In this document: positions 25,201 to 35,866 of the stretch, in pieces
Position numbering within the stretch: position 1 is the first letter of the stretch
Layout: every line of letters begins with the position of its first letter
Assembly: GCA_017544805.1 (NCBI GenBank)
Contig: JAFYDK010000088.1
Coordinates: 4,045-68,044 of the forward strand
Length of the DNA: 64,000 nt
Reading direction: 5' to 3'
Source: Bacteroidales bacterium
GTDB lineage: Bacteria > Bacteroidota > Bacteroidia > Bacteroidales > UBA3824
The notes under the pieces: generated by a model
Databases searched by the model: none
Seen by the model: the letters and a program-made list of their open reading frames with translations, nothing else
Told to the model about the DNA's origin: nothing
Position numbers and translations under genes: made by a program

Positions 25201-26013
25201 TTATTTAGCGGTATTCGTGCGGACGAAATTCGGTGTTAAAATGATTTCAGTCCTACGGTTTTGAGCTCTACCCGCATCAGTTCCGTTTGATGCAATTGGC
25301 GAATATTCACCTCTTCCTGCAGCAGTCAAACGCTTTTGAGGAAGACCGCTTTCGCTCAAAAATCTTACTACCGTTGTTGCACGTGCCGTACTCAAATCCC
25401 AGTTATCTTTGAAAACGGAATTTTTAATCGGTTGATTGTCAGTGTGTCCCTCAACCAAAATTCCGAAATCCGGATTTTTAGCCAATTCTTTAGCAATTTT
25501 GGTAATTGCGGTGCGTCCTTTTTTCTCGATGTCTGCGCTTCCTGACTTAAACAAAAGTTTGTCCATCAAAAGAACGTAAAGTTTACCGTCTTTTTCTTGA
25601 ATTTTGAGTTCGTCTGACGTAAAATTCGACAACGCTTTTGATACGTCTGATTTCAATGCTTTCAACGCTTTTAATGCGGAATCTTGGTCGGCAACTATTT
25701 TTTTGAGCGAAACATTTTCGCTTTGAGTGCCGCCTAACTGCGAATTGAGAGCATCGTAACGTCTTTGAAGGTCTGAATAATTGGCCTCCATGCTTTCGTT
25801 TTCGCTTTTATATTTCAAAAATTCTTCCGCAGTCTGCTGATGTTCTGTTTCAAGGTTTTTGTATTTTTTGTTGGAGCGGATTTTGTCCCAAACAAAAAAT
25901 GCAGCCAAGACTATAAGCAGCGCAGCCAAAAGCCATGCCCAAAATTTAGAACCTGATTTTTCCTTTGTGTTTTGCGTAACCGTTGTGTTACTTGTTTGAG
26001 TTTCATTCGACAT
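25201..26013 (-). CDS. OmpA/MotB-family peptidoglycan-binding protein with N-terminal TM helix and coiled coil
   Basis: TM segment FWAWLLAALLIVLAAFFVW, then a coiled-coil region, then the OmpA_C block (LFKSGSADI...VEGHTDNQPI...STARATTVVRFL...NRRTEIIL). Confidence 0.85.
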   Translation of the reverse strand: MSNETQTSNTTVTQNTKEKSGSKFWAWLLAALLIVLAAFFVWDKIRSNKKYKNLETEHQQTAEEFLKYKSENESMEANYSDLQRRYDALNSQLGGTQSENVSLKKIVADQDSALKALKALKSDVSKALSNFTSDELKIQEKDGKLYVLLMDKLLFKSGSADIEKKGRTAITKIAKELAKNPDFGILVEGHTDNQPIKNSVFKDNWDLSTARATTVVRFLSESGLPQKRLTAAGRGEYSPIASNGTDAGRAQNRRTEIILTPNFVRTNTAK

Positions 26014-26186
26014 AATTCAAAATATTTTTCTGCAAATTTAAAACAAAAGTATTATGATAAAAAATAAAAATGGAAAAAAATTACATGACAATTTGTCAGT
26101 TTTTAAAATAACGGTCTTAAAATTGAAAATAAATTATTATATTTACGCACTTTTTTAATGTTTCAAGTTTTTTTTTAACTAAGGAA

Positions 26187-28304
26187 ATGGACAAAAAACA
26201 AATTAACGCTTTACACCGACAAGCGGTTAAATTTACATATTCAGGCAAACTTTACAATGCCATGTCTTTGATTAAAAGGCAAGCCGCAGAAAATCAGTTA
26301 GGTATTTTTCCCGCACTGAATTCAGCTCAGGAGACTTATAGCCTGATGTTGAAGTATTCTGCGCAAGGAATTTCGGATAGTAATAGGGATAATATTTTTA
26401 ATGATCTTCAATTGACGCTTCTTAAAAGTGCTGACAATCTTAAAAATTCGCTTTTGAAAAAGTTTTATTCTTCAGAATTTTTTTCGTTGAAAACTTCTCC
26501 TATGCCGATAGAGCCACCGGAGAAATCCTCAATTTCGCAGTGGTTTAAGTATTTGGTTAATAACGAGGAGTTATCGCCTGAGGCAGAAAATTTGATTAGA
26601 GCTCAAGATACCGAAAAAAAACTTGCATGGGTTTATACTTCGATGATTATCAGTGCTTTAACACTTAGTTGTCTGTTGTTTTTTGATTTCAGAAAATTCA
26701 ATATGCTTGTGGATTTTTATTTGGAAAACAAGGAGCAGGTTTGGCAGAGGGCGTTGGCAGGCATTGTCATAATTTCGTACCGTTTCAACAAGCGTTTGAA
26801 TTTTTATCCCGAGATTCCTGAGCTTTTAAAAAAACTTACGGATTCCCCAAATTTCAAAGAGCGTTATCAAACGATTATAATTCAGTTAATTAAGGCTATT
26901 AATACCGACAGAATTTCCAAAGTCGTTAATGATAAAATTATGCCGGAAATCAACAAAATGGTTCCCGGAATTAAGGATAAAATGAAATCTGATGCTTTTA
27001 ATATCGAAAATTTTGACGAATCGAATCCGGCTTGGGGGGATTATTTTCAGAAAAATCCCGAACTGCTTGACAAAATGTCAGAAATTTCAAAACTTCAGAT
27101 GGAAGGCAGCGACGTTTTTATAAATACGTTTGCCGTTTTGAAAAATTTTAAGTTTTTTGACAGTATTGAAAATTGGTTTATGCCATTTTATCCTGAAAAT
27201 CAATATGTTAAAGAGGTTACAAAGACAACTGAAACTTCGGGTTTCAATTTTAAGGAGTTTGCCTTGAAATTTTCAAAGGTTCCTTTTTTCTGTAATTCTG
27301 ACAAATATTCGATGATTTTCAGCGTTTCTAATATGCCAAAGGACCAGAGCAATACTCTTAATTCATATTTTAGTAACGAACTATCTCAGATGAATGAAAT
27401 CACTGACGATATGAAACTCCTTCACAGCAAGGAATATAGTTATAAGCTTATGACTCAATATATTCAGGATATTTACCGTTTTTTCAAACTCAATAGGACG
27501 GGCAATATTTTTCCTGATATTTTTGACAAGAATTTTTCACCGATAGGCACGCGGCTTTTTGATTCAACGCTATCTTCCGCTTCTGACAAACGCACTGTCG
27601 GAGAGTATTTTTTCGCTAACGAGTATTATCCTCAGGCGGTTGAGTTTTTTCAAGCCGTTTCCAAAGAAGAACCCGATTTTGAACTTTTCCAAAAAATGGG
27701 TTATGCTTATCAGAAACTCTCTGATTATCAGTCAGCTTTGGATTGTTTTCTAAAGGCGCAGCTTTTCAACGATTCGCAGTTGTGGAATCTTAAAAAGATT
27801 GCCTATTGTTATCGTAAACTTGATAATCCCGGCAAAGCGTTGGAGTTTTATAAATTGGCAGAGGTTCAGGATTCTGACAATTTGTCAGTTGCGACATCAA
27901 TCGGACGCTGTCTTTTGGAATTGGAAAATTATCAGGAGGCGTTAAAATATTATTTCAAGGTCGAATATTTGGACGTTAAAAATAAAAAGATTTTCCGTCC
28001 TATTGCATGGTGTTGTTATCAGTTGAAAAAATACGAACAGGCTTTGAAATATTTTAGCAAAATCCCGAAAGAGGATTCTCTTGCCGAGGATTTTGTTTTG
28101 GCTGGTCATACTTTGCGCAAATTGGGCGACAACGAAAAAGCATACGAAAATTATGTCAAAGCCCTTAATTTTGAGGGGTATACCGTTGAAAAACTCGAAG
28201 ATGCAATCAAGGCTGATTACAACGAAGATTCTTCAGAGGAAACTTTAAAGCAGACAAACATGATTTTGGATTATCTGCTTTTTAGAAAAGACGGTAATTT
28301 TTGA
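26187..28304 (+). CDS. Membrane protein with C-terminal TPR repeats, unknown function
   Basis: 705-aa ORF. Central hydrophobic segments (WVYTSMIISALTLSCLLFF, ALAGIVIISY) are followed by at least 5 TPR-like units in the last ~230 aa (e.g. YYPQAVEFFQAV, FQKMGYAYQKLSDYQSALDCFLKA, IAYCYRKLDNPGKALEFYKLA). Confidence 0.7.
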   Translation: MDKKQINALHRQAVKFTYSGKLYNAMSLIKRQAAENQLGIFPALNSAQETYSLMLKYSAQGISDSNRDNIFNDLQLTLLKSADNLKNSLLKKFYSSEFFSLKTSPMPIEPPEKSSISQWFKYLVNNEELSPEAENLIRAQDTEKKLAWVYTSMIISALTLSCLLFFDFRKFNMLVDFYLENKEQVWQRALAGIVIISYRFNKRLNFYPEIPELLKKLTDSPNFKERYQTIIIQLIKAINTDRISKVVNDKIMPEINKMVPGIKDKMKSDAFNIENFDESNPAWGDYFQKNPELLDKMSEISKLQMEGSDVFINTFAVLKNFKFFDSIENWFMPFYPENQYVKEVTKTTETSGFNFKEFALKFSKVPFFCNSDKYSMIFSVSNMPKDQSNTLNSYFSNELSQMNEITDDMKLLHSKEYSYKLMTQYIQDIYRFFKLNRTGNIFPDIFDKNFSPIGTRLFDSTLSSASDKRTVGEYFFANEYYPQAVEFFQAVSKEEPDFELFQKMGYAYQKLSDYQSALDCFLKAQLFNDSQLWNLKKIAYCYRKLDNPGKALEFYKLAEVQDSDNLSVATSIGRCLLELENYQEALKYYFKVEYLDVKNKKIFRPIAWCCYQLKKYEQALKYFSKIPKEDSLAEDFVLAGHTLRKLGDNEKAYENYVKALNFEGYTVEKLEDAIKADYNEDSSEETLKQTNMILDYLLFRKDGNF

Positions 28305-28312
28305 CATCTTTT

Positions 28313-29230
28313 TTAGATTTCAAATTCCAATCCGTCGTATGCGCAAATTGTGTTCGGGAAAATAGTTTTAGCCTCGTTTTCAAGGATTTGCGTGTCTGTG
28401 TAGCGGCTTGAAAAATGTCCTAAAACAAGTTTTCCTACATTTGCGTTTTTGGCGATTTCGGCGGCTTGCAGACTCGTTGAATGAAACGTTTGAGAGGCTC
28501 TTTCTGCTAATGCGGCCTCGTAAGTGGCCTCGTGATAAAGTACATCAACGCCTTCAACGGCTTTGCAAACGCTTTGAGAGGGCATTGTGTCCGAAATGTA
28601 CGCATAACTTTTGGTCGGAGGCATCTCCAAGGTTAGCTCGGAGTTTTCTATTATTGTGCCGTCTTCTAATCTGAGGTCGCATCCTTCTTTTATTCTGACA
28701 ATTTCCGAAATAGATAAAGAATATTTTTCAATACATTCTTTTCTTATGTTTTTTAGTTCGGCGGGTTTTTCCTTGAAAATAAATCCCCAAGTTTGGATTC
28801 TGTGTTTTAACGGTACGGAATAAACTTCGATTTTTTGATCCTCGTATGCAAGATTTACTTCGGAGGGTTTTAACGCATCAAAACAAAGTTGATAACCTAA
28901 AACCGTGGTATCCAGCGGTGAATTTTCTGATTCTAATATGTATTTTAGTTTTTCGGGGCAGTGAATATGCAATTCACCTGTGTTGCCCATCAGACTTAGT
29001 GAGGATAACAGCCCGAAAATTCCGTAAAAATGGTCTCCGTGAAGGTGTGAAATAAAAATATGTTTTAATGCTGAAAAACGGATTCCGTATTTGCGCATTA
29101 AAACTTGCGTATATTCTCCGCAATCAATTAGAAATAGTTTTTGGTTGTGTTTTAAAATTTGGGCTGAGGCGTTTCTGACAGTTGTCGGAAGAGCCGAACC
29201 GCAGCCTAATATTTTGACTGATAATGACAT
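28313..29230 (-). CDS. rnz: Ribonuclease Z (tRNA 3' endonuclease, metallo-beta-lactamase fold)
   Basis: ILGCGSALPT, FLIDCGEYTQ, the HxHxDH motif in FISHLHGDH, and the C-terminal LGHFSSRY. Confidence 0.92.
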   Translation of the reverse strand: MSLSVKILGCGSALPTTVRNASAQILKHNQKLFLIDCGEYTQVLMRKYGIRFSALKHIFISHLHGDHFYGIFGLLSSLSLMGNTGELHIHCPEKLKYILESENSPLDTTVLGYQLCFDALKPSEVNLAYEDQKIEVYSVPLKHRIQTWGFIFKEKPAELKNIRKECIEKYSLSISEIVRIKEGCDLRLEDGTIIENSELTLEMPPTKSYAYISDTMPSQSVCKAVEGVDVLYHEATYEAALAERASQTFHSTSLQAAEIAKNANVGKLVLGHFSSRYTDTQILENEAKTIFPNTICAYDGLEFEI

Positions 29231-29350
29231 AAACGGTTAAAATTTCAATTTTTTAGCCCCTAAGTTAATAAAAAAAACAAAGAATAAAAATTTTTTTGAT
29301 TTTTTCTGTTAATTCTGACAACAAAAAATACAAAATTCACGTCTTTTTTA

Positions 29351-29358
29351 TAAATTTG
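29351..29358 (+). promoter_or_regulatory. Candidate -7 box TAAATTTG upstream of giant T9SS substrate gene
   Basis: TAnnTTTG match 39 nt upstream of ATG 29397. Confidence 0.45.
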
Positions 29359-29396
29359 CAACGTGGGAAAATTTTTTCTTAAATTTTTGTTTGATT

Positions 29397-32300
29397 ATGA
29401 AATTAACTGTTTTAAAACATATATTAACCGTTTTTCTGATATTGGTATTGACAGAACACGCTGTATCTCAAGTCAGTTCGTTTCCTTATGGCGAGAGTTT
29501 TGAAGGGGGATTGAACGGCTGGGTTGTTGATGGTGTATCAGCGAGCAAACTGCATTGGGTCGTGGGGACTCCTAAGTTTTACTCTATGGGAGGAGAGGGA
29601 ACGGATTTGGAATTAAAAGCAACGGGAACGGAGTTTGCTCAAGATGGGTCTAGGTGTGTGTATGTTGATAAATGTTCTAATCCTTACGGTTTACCCTCAA
29701 GCGGTGAAACATATATTTCTAAGACTTTTGATTTTAGCAATTTGTCATATCCTATCTTGAGTTTTTATATGCATACTCTTTTTATTGGAGGTGATTATGC
29801 TTATTTAGAAGTGTTGGTAAAATCTTCAGATCAACCGGATTATTCTATGGCTTCCAAGTATAGGAGTGATGCTTCTTCGAGTTCTGAGTGGCAAAAAGTA
29901 AATATTTGTCTTGACGAATTTGCAAAAAAATCTTCTGTTGAAATTAGTTTCCGTTATTTTGCTTCTAACGGTTCTTTCGCAAATATAGCCGTTGATAATA
30001 TTAAAATTCAGGATTTTGTTGTTGAGGCTGAAGTAACGGATGTAACTTGTTATGATTATGATGATGGTAAAGTAAAATTAACACCGAGCGGAGCAGGTCC
30101 TATTTATAAATATTATTTAGGAACAGAAGAATACGCACCCGGGACAGCAACTTATAATCATGTTTTTGAGAATTTAAGTGCACAAGGTTATGATGCTTAT
30201 GTTGTTGATGCGTTGTCGGGTTGTGCGGCTTATGTTGAAGGAAATGCCGTTACTATTACGCAACCGAGCGAAATTGAACTTAAGATCGAAACTACTGATA
30301 TAACATGTTATAAAGACGTTGATGGTAAAATTATCATTACGCCATCTGAAGTAACTGTAAATAACACGCCTTACAAATATTCTATAAACGGTGGCGGAAC
30401 TTTTGTTACTACTAATGTTTTTAATGATTTAGCGGGCGGAGAGTATCAAGTTGTTGTTAAAAATTCAAAAGGTTGTCAAACCAAAAAGCATAAAGTCGTT
30501 GTCGGGGATGATGTGTTTTTTGAAATCAGTAGTATTGATGTAACTAATATTACAAAATGTTACGGAGACAAAACGGGAGCTATCTCCATTAATGCACGTG
30601 CTAGAAACCAGCCTATTTCATATTCAATTGAGGGTGATAATAGTACTTCTTATACTATGAAAAGAGATTTTACTACACTTAAAGCGGGAAAATATAGTGT
30701 TTATGTCAAAGATGCGAACGGGTGTAAATTATCCGATGAGGTTGAAATTACTGAGCCTGAAAAATTGGTAATTGAAAATATTACTCCTGTTGATGTAGAG
30801 GGTTGTACGGGAGACGAAACAGGTGCTTTGATATTTGATATTGAAGGCGGTACGGCACCTTTTAGATTTGCAGCAAATGCAGGTCCGGCTAATTTTACGG
30901 AGTCTACGATAACATCTCTTTCGGCAGGAAAATACTCGCCTTATGTTGTTGATGGATTCGGTTGTAAAGCCGAATATTCTCAACCCGTTACGATTTCAGA
31001 GCCTGAGGCTTTGGATATTACAGATGTGAAAATTTCAGATGTCAGTACTTGTTTCGGAGATAATACTGGTTCGATGACAATTTATGCAACGGGTGGTACG
31101 GGTGCATTGAAATATTCTTTGAGTTTTAAGGGAGATGATACGGAGTTTCAAACTGGAAATGTTTTTGAAAATTTACATTCTGGATATTATCGACCTTATG
31201 TTGTTGATGAAAAAGGATGTTCCTTTGAAGCTGAAGATGATTATGAATTGGCAGAAACTTACGAAAAAGTTGTCTTTCAAAAAGCTCTACCTAATAGTCT
31301 TTTAAATTTATGTTATGGGGATCAAAAAGGTCAAATTATTTTAGCGTATTCCGGTGGTAAATCTCCATGGTCTTTTACGGTTGAGGGTGAGAATGATTTT
31401 TCAAAAACGGTAACGTTTTCCGATGAGCTTGGTACAATTGAAGATTTGCCTGCCGGTAATTATACTGTTTCGTTAAAGGATGGTAATGGATGTCCTTCTG
31501 ATAAAACTTATCAAATTAAAATTACTCAACCTGAAGAATTGAAACTCAAGAGTGTTACTGCTAATGATGTACAGTGTTACGGCGATGGTTCGGGTAGTAT
31601 TGAAATTGACGTTGAAGGCGGAACGCTTAATTATAGTTATTGTTATAAGCGTTTTGGCGAAAGCGGTGGAATTGATTCGTATTTATCTATGACTACTTCT
31701 GTAATTTCTAATTTGCTTAAAGGAAAATATTTAATTGCCGTTAAGGACAAAAATAAATGCGTAGTTTACGGTAATTCAGAAGGCTATGTAATTGACGAGC
31801 CTAATGAATTGGAAATGTTTGAGCCGGAGGTAAAAGATATAACTACTTGTTACGGAGCAACAAACGGTTCAATGAAAGTAAAAATCAGCGGTGGTGTTCC
31901 GCCTTACAAATATACTATCGGCGGTGATAATGATGATGTTATTACTACGAATGAAACTTATGCTTTTTTTGAAAACCTCCCGGCATCAACTATGTATTTG
32001 CCGAGTGTTGAAGATGCTCACGGTTGTGTTGTTACTATGCCATTAACTGTTCAACTCTCGCAACCTACGAAAGTAGAACTTATACTGAAAAATTATCACG
32101 GAGTAAAAGGCTGTAAGGGTGCTAATAACGGTCATATACTACTTGAGGCCTCTGGTGGTAAGGGAGATTATACTTATTATTTGAAGTCAGAGGCTGATTC
32201 TCATGGTGTAAGTGAAACGAACATTAATAACAAAACTGGTATTTTTGATAATCTTAAAGCAGGAACTTACAAGTATTTGGTTACAGATAAAAGTGGTTGT

Positions 32301-34601
32301 TCGGCGGGCGAAGATCTTGCAGCGGTGGAAATTATTGAACCTGACAAATTTACTTTGGAAGATGTTAAAGTTGAAGATATTCTTTGTTACGGGAAAAATA
32401 CAGGTACGGCTGATATAAAAGTCAGTGGCGGTCAAATTATACAAGCAAATGCCAAATACAAATATTATCTTGATGATAATGAAGATCCTTATTATAAAGG
32501 ATATTTTGAATTTTTGGCGCCTAAAAAATATACGTTTAAGGTTGTTGACAACTATGGTTGTACACTTGAGGGCGAGTTTGAAATTACTCAACCCTCGGAG
32601 TATAAAATAACTGAATTCGAGAAAGTAGACATCGTGAAATGTTACGGTGACAAGACTGGAAGTATAAGTATTAAAGCTGAGGGCGGAACGGGTACTTTGA
32701 AATATTATTTAACTGCTTTCGGTTCAAATCAGACGCAGGAGAGTGAAACAGGTTTTTTTGAGGGACTTTCTGCTGCAAGTTACGAGGCAACTGTCGAAGA
32801 CGGAAACGGTTGTAAGTTAGTGGATGATATAAGGGTAGAACAACCCACACAACTTTCTTATTTAGCTCAAGTTAGCAAAGAAATTCTATGCCATGATGAC
32901 GGTTCTGGTGAGATTAAAATAACGGCAAGCGGCGGTACGGAACCGTATAAATATTCTATTGACGACGGTGCTAATTATAATTATGAAACTCCAGAGATAA
33001 AGGATCTTGAGGCTGGAGAATATAAGATAAGGGTTAAGGATAATAACGGATGTGTCCGTGAAAATTCCGTTGATCTTGAGATTATCAATCCGGCGTTATT
33101 GACAGTAGAGGCGGAGGTTTACGACGTGATTTGTCACGAAGGTAACACGGGTAGAATTGCGGCTCAAGGCGTTGGTGGCACATTGCTTTTGTCATATTCT
33201 TTGGACGGAGTGTCATGGCAGGACCGCTCAGGCGTTTTCAAAAACCTTTCTGACGGTGTTTATACCGTTAAAGTCAAAGATATTAACGGTTGTACGGCGG
33301 AGAGTGAGCCTTTAACAATATCCCGCCCTGCTAACAGAGCAGGTTTTACCGTTTCTCAGACTTCGGGTTGTTCGCCTTTGGAAATTGTTATAACACAAGA
33401 TTATCAAGGACTTGCTAATTATGAAATCAGCAACGGCGATTTTATTTGGGATAGGAGAGGACCAACCAAGTATACTTTTGAAAACACGAGCGATGAAACT
33501 AAAATATATAAAATAACCTCTTCTTTGCTTTTTGACAACGGTATCGGTTGTACGGATACTGCCTCAACTTATGTAACAGTTTTTCCACAGCCGCAGGTTG
33601 ATTTAAGAATGCCTGTCGATACTATAACGTGGCCTGAAAATACGGCTTATTTCAAATTGATGAACAAGGACTTAACAAAAGTCCATTGGGATTTTGGTGA
33701 CGGAAAGACTTCTGAAGATATTGATATTTCGGGACATGAATACGAGTCCTGCGGTAATTACAATATTATAATTGATATTAGCAACGGCATTTGTGAAAAC
33801 AAGTTGGAAAAGGGTTTTGTGATAGAGGGTCGTCCGCTGATTGCCGCTTTCAATTCTCAAAACATGGAGGGATGTCAGCCGATAACGGTTTCGCTTGAAA
33901 ATGTTTCGTTGAATTCCGATTCTTGCAAATGGGATTTCGGTGACGGAAGCGATCCTGTCTACAACGTTACGAAATTGGAGCACAAATATGAGGCGGCGGG
34001 TGAATTTGTTGTTTCTCTAACTATTTACGGTGATTGTGGCGTTCAAGCCGTTACGACCAAAAAGGTTAATGTTTTTGTAAAACCGACGGCAGAATTTGAA
34101 CAAAATCTTGATACTTTATACGCCGGACAATATTTGAAAGTGGAATCACTTTCCGGTCCTAATCAGTCTTTTCATTGGGATTTTGGTGACGGTACTTTCG
34201 GTGATGGGCACAGCGTAGACCACAAATACGAATTTGACGGAACATTTAATATCTCGCTTACTGTTTTGACGGCAAATTATTGTTCTGATACGGCAACGGT
34301 AAAGAATGCGATAACGGTAATTTCAAACCCGATAGTTGTTTTTCCGACGGCATTTTCTCCGAACGGCGACGGTAAAAACGATGTTTTTATGCCTATTCAC
34401 GGTGATATTGCGAAATTCAAACTTGTGGTACTTGATAGTAGAGGTGTTATTGTTTTCAGAACGGAAAACATCAATGAAGGCTGGGACGGCACTCGTAACG
34501 GCAGACCTTGTCCACCGGGAATGTACGTTTGGAAAGCGACTTCAACGCTTAGGGACAAATCGTTTTTTCAACAAAAAGGACACGTATTTTTGATAAAATA
34601 A
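29397..34601 (+). CDS. Giant secreted cell-surface protein: MAM-like N-domain, 13 SprB-type repeats, PKD-like domains, type-B T9SS C-terminal sorting domain
   Basis: Signal peptide, then FPYGESFEGGLNGWVVDG...HWVVG (MAM-like). A CYGD..G..-containing ~80-aa unit recurs 13 times. Next come WDFGDG-containing PKD-like units. The C-terminus (FPTAFSPNGDGKNDVF...GWDGTRNGRPCPPGMYVW) matches the gliding-motility-associated C-terminal domain. The ORF-track start at 29391 is TTG, so I use ATG 29397. Confidence 0.9.
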   Translation: MKLTVLKHILTVFLILVLTEHAVSQVSSFPYGESFEGGLNGWVVDGVSASKLHWVVGTPKFYSMGGEGTDLELKATGTEFAQDGSRCVYVDKCSNPYGLPSSGETYISKTFDFSNLSYPILSFYMHTLFIGGDYAYLEVLVKSSDQPDYSMASKYRSDASSSSEWQKVNICLDEFAKKSSVEISFRYFASNGSFANIAVDNIKIQDFVVEAEVTDVTCYDYDDGKVKLTPSGAGPIYKYYLGTEEYAPGTATYNHVFENLSAQGYDAYVVDALSGCAAYVEGNAVTITQPSEIELKIETTDITCYKDVDGKIIITPSEVTVNNTPYKYSINGGGTFVTTNVFNDLAGGEYQVVVKNSKGCQTKKHKVVVGDDVFFEISSIDVTNITKCYGDKTGAISINARARNQPISYSIEGDNSTSYTMKRDFTTLKAGKYSVYVKDANGCKLSDEVEITEPEKLVIENITPVDVEGCTGDETGALIFDIEGGTAPFRFAANAGPANFTESTITSLSAGKYSPYVVDGFGCKAEYSQPVTISEPEALDITDVKISDVSTCFGDNTGSMTIYATGGTGALKYSLSFKGDDTEFQTGNVFENLHSGYYRPYVVDEKGCSFEAEDDYELAETYEKVVFQKALPNSLLNLCYGDQKGQIILAYSGGKSPWSFTVEGENDFSKTVTFSDELGTIEDLPAGNYTVSLKDGNGCPSDKTYQIKITQPEELKLKSVTANDVQCYGDGSGSIEIDVEGGTLNYSYCYKRFGESGGIDSYLSMTTSVISNLLKGKYLIAVKDKNKCVVYGNSEGYVIDEPNELEMFEPEVKDITTCYGATNGSMKVKISGGVPPYKYTIGGDNDDVITTNETYAFFENLPASTMYLPSVEDAHGCVVTMPLTVQLSQPTKVELILKNYHGVKGCKGANNGHILLEASGGKGDYTYYLKSEADSHGVSETNINNKTGIFDNLKAGTYKYLVTDKSGCSAGEDLAAVEIIEPDKFTLEDVKVEDILCYGKNTGTADIKVSGGQIIQANAKYKYYLDDNEDPYYKGYFEFLAPKKYTFKVVDNYGCTLEGEFEITQPSEYKITEFEKVDIVKCYGDKTGSISIKAEGGTGTLKYYLTAFGSNQTQESETGFFEGLSAASYEATVEDGNGCKLVDDIRVEQPTQLSYLAQVSKEILCHDDGSGEIKITASGGTEPYKYSIDDGANYNYETPEIKDLEAGEYKIRVKDNNGCVRENSVDLEIINPALLTVEAEVYDVICHEGNTGRIAAQGVGGTLLLSYSLDGVSWQDRSGVFKNLSDGVYTVKVKDINGCTAESEPLTISRPANRAGFTVSQTSGCSPLEIVITQDYQGLANYEISNGDFIWDRRGPTKYTFENTSDETKIYKITSSLLFDNGIGCTDTASTYVTVFPQPQVDLRMPVDTITWPENTAYFKLMNKDLTKVHWDFGDGKTSEDIDISGHEYESCGNYNIIIDISNGICENKLEKGFVIEGRPLIAAFNSQNMEGCQPITVSLENVSLNSDSCKWDFGDGSDPVYNVTKLEHKYEAAGEFVVSLTIYGDCGVQAVTTKKVNVFVKPTAEFEQNLDTLYAGQYLKVESLSGPNQSFHWDFGDGTFGDGHSVDHKYEFDGTFNISLTVLTANYCSDTATVKNAITVISNPIVVFPTAFSPNGDGKNDVFMPIHGDIAKFKLVVLDSRGVIVFRTENINEGWDGTRNGRPCPPGMYVWKATSTLRDKSFFQQKGHVFLIK
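30030..33325 (+). repeat. 13 divergent tandem ~240-nt coding repeats (SprB-type repeats)
   Basis: Repeat anchors are VTCYDYDDGKV, ITCYKDVDGKI, TKCYGDKTGAI, EGCTGDETGAL, STCFGDNTGSM, NLCYGDQKGQI, VQCYGDGSGSI, TTCYGATNGSM, KGCKGANNGHI, ILCYGKNTGTA, VKCYGDKTGSI, ILCHDDGSGEI and VICHEGNTGRI. Each is followed about 55 aa later by (D/K).(N/K)GC. The boundaries are approximate. Confidence 0.8.
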
Positions 34602-34639
34602 CTTCGGGTAAGAAAAAAAACTTTTCCCGTAAATGAAAA

Positions 34640-35866
34640 ATGAAAAAAATATTATTTTTGTTTGCAGCCGTTGTTCTGATTAACGGTTGTAAAGGTCAGG
34701 AAATTAACACATTAGTTTTTAACAACGCTAAAATCTCCTCAGAAAGGGAAAGCCGTATTGATAGTATCGTTTTTGATGCAATAAAGCAAAAAGCGATGCC
34801 GGGCTGCCGTATTTTGGCATCTGTTAATCATTATGTTTTTTTTGATAAATGTTACGGATATTTTACATACGATAGTATTCAAAAAGTTGATACTAATACG
34901 GTTTATGATTTGGCTTCAATAACGAAAATTGCCGCCTCTTCGCTTGTCTTGATGAAATTGTACGAAAACGGCAAAATCGGCTTGGATTTGCCTTTAACGG
35001 ACTATTTCAAAGGCATTAACGATAACGGGGCAACCTTGAGAGATGCTTTGGCTCATCAAGCAGGTTTTAAATCTTGGATAGATTTGAAGCGTTTGAACAA
35101 GGATTTAAGCCGTAAGATATTGTTGTCACCCGAAAAATACAACGATCGAAAAGCCCGTAAACAAATCACGGAACAAATTGTAAAACAGCCTCTTGCCGAC
35201 AAAGGAAATTATTTGTATTCTGACCTTGGATTCTATCTTTATACGCTTTTTCCGAAAAAGTTTTACGGAAAGGATTTTGACGAATTTTTGTACGATACTT
35301 TTTACAGACCTTTGGGCTTGAAAATTTGTTTTAATCCGAATAAAGAATTAGAAAAAAATATTCCTCCGACCGAAAAGGATTCTCTTTGGCGTAAAACTAT
35401 TGTTAAAGGCAAAGTCCATGATGAGGGTGCGTATTTGATGGGCGGAGTTTCGGGTCATGCGGGATTATTTTCTTCGGCTAAAGATTTGGCAGTTTTGATG
35501 CAAATGATTTTGGACAAAGGCTCTTATGGCGGAAAGTTTTTTTTAAGACCGCAAACAGTGGAGCTTTTTACTTCTCAAGCTTTTGAAGGTAACCGCAGGG
35601 GATTGGTTTTCGACAAACCCGTGATAGATTCCACTCTTAACGGAACGCCTTCAAAAATGGCAAGTCAAAAAAGTTTCGGTCATACGGGGTTTACCGGCGG
35701 TTTTGTTTGGGCTGACCCCGACAACGGACTTTTGTTCGTTTTTTTGACTAATAGTACATTTCCTAAACGCGGAACAATGCTTTCAAAACTTGATGTCAGA
35801 ACCAAAATTCATGACGAGATGTACAATGCTGTAAAGACTGATGATATTATTTTTTCAGAGGATTAG
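34640..35866 (+). CDS. Serine hydrolase of the beta-lactamase (class C / esterase) family, lipoprotein
   Basis: Lipobox-like LINGCKG, SxxK nucleophile motif in LASITKIAAS, and the late HTGFTGG motif equivalent to KTG. Confidence 0.85.
   Translation: MKKILFLFAAVVLINGCKGQEINTLVFNNAKISSERESRIDSIVFDAIKQKAMPGCRILASVNHYVFFDKCYGYFTYDSIQKVDTNTVYDLASITKIAASSLVLMKLYENGKIGLDLPLTDYFKGINDNGATLRDALAHQAGFKSWIDLKRLNKDLSRKILLSPEKYNDRKARKQITEQIVKQPLADKGNYLYSDLGFYLYTLFPKKFYGKDFDEFLYDTFYRPLGLKICFNPNKELEKNIPPTEKDSLWRKTIVKGKVHDEGAYLMGGVSGHAGLFSSAKDLAVLMQMILDKGSYGGKFFLRPQTVELFTSQAFEGNRRGLVFDKPVIDSTLNGTPSKMASQKSFGHTGFTGGFVWADPDNGLLFVFLTNSTFPKRGTMLSKLDVRTKIHDEMYNAVKTDDIIFSED

Noticed and set aside
25201-28304. MotB-like protein plus divergent 705-aa membrane protein as a Zorya-like (ZorAB) defence module
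   Set aside because: The 705-aa protein has TPR repeats and no MotA/ZorA-like 4-TM stator core or long C-terminal coiled-coil tail. The genes are divergent, and no ZorC/D-like helicase or nuclease is present.
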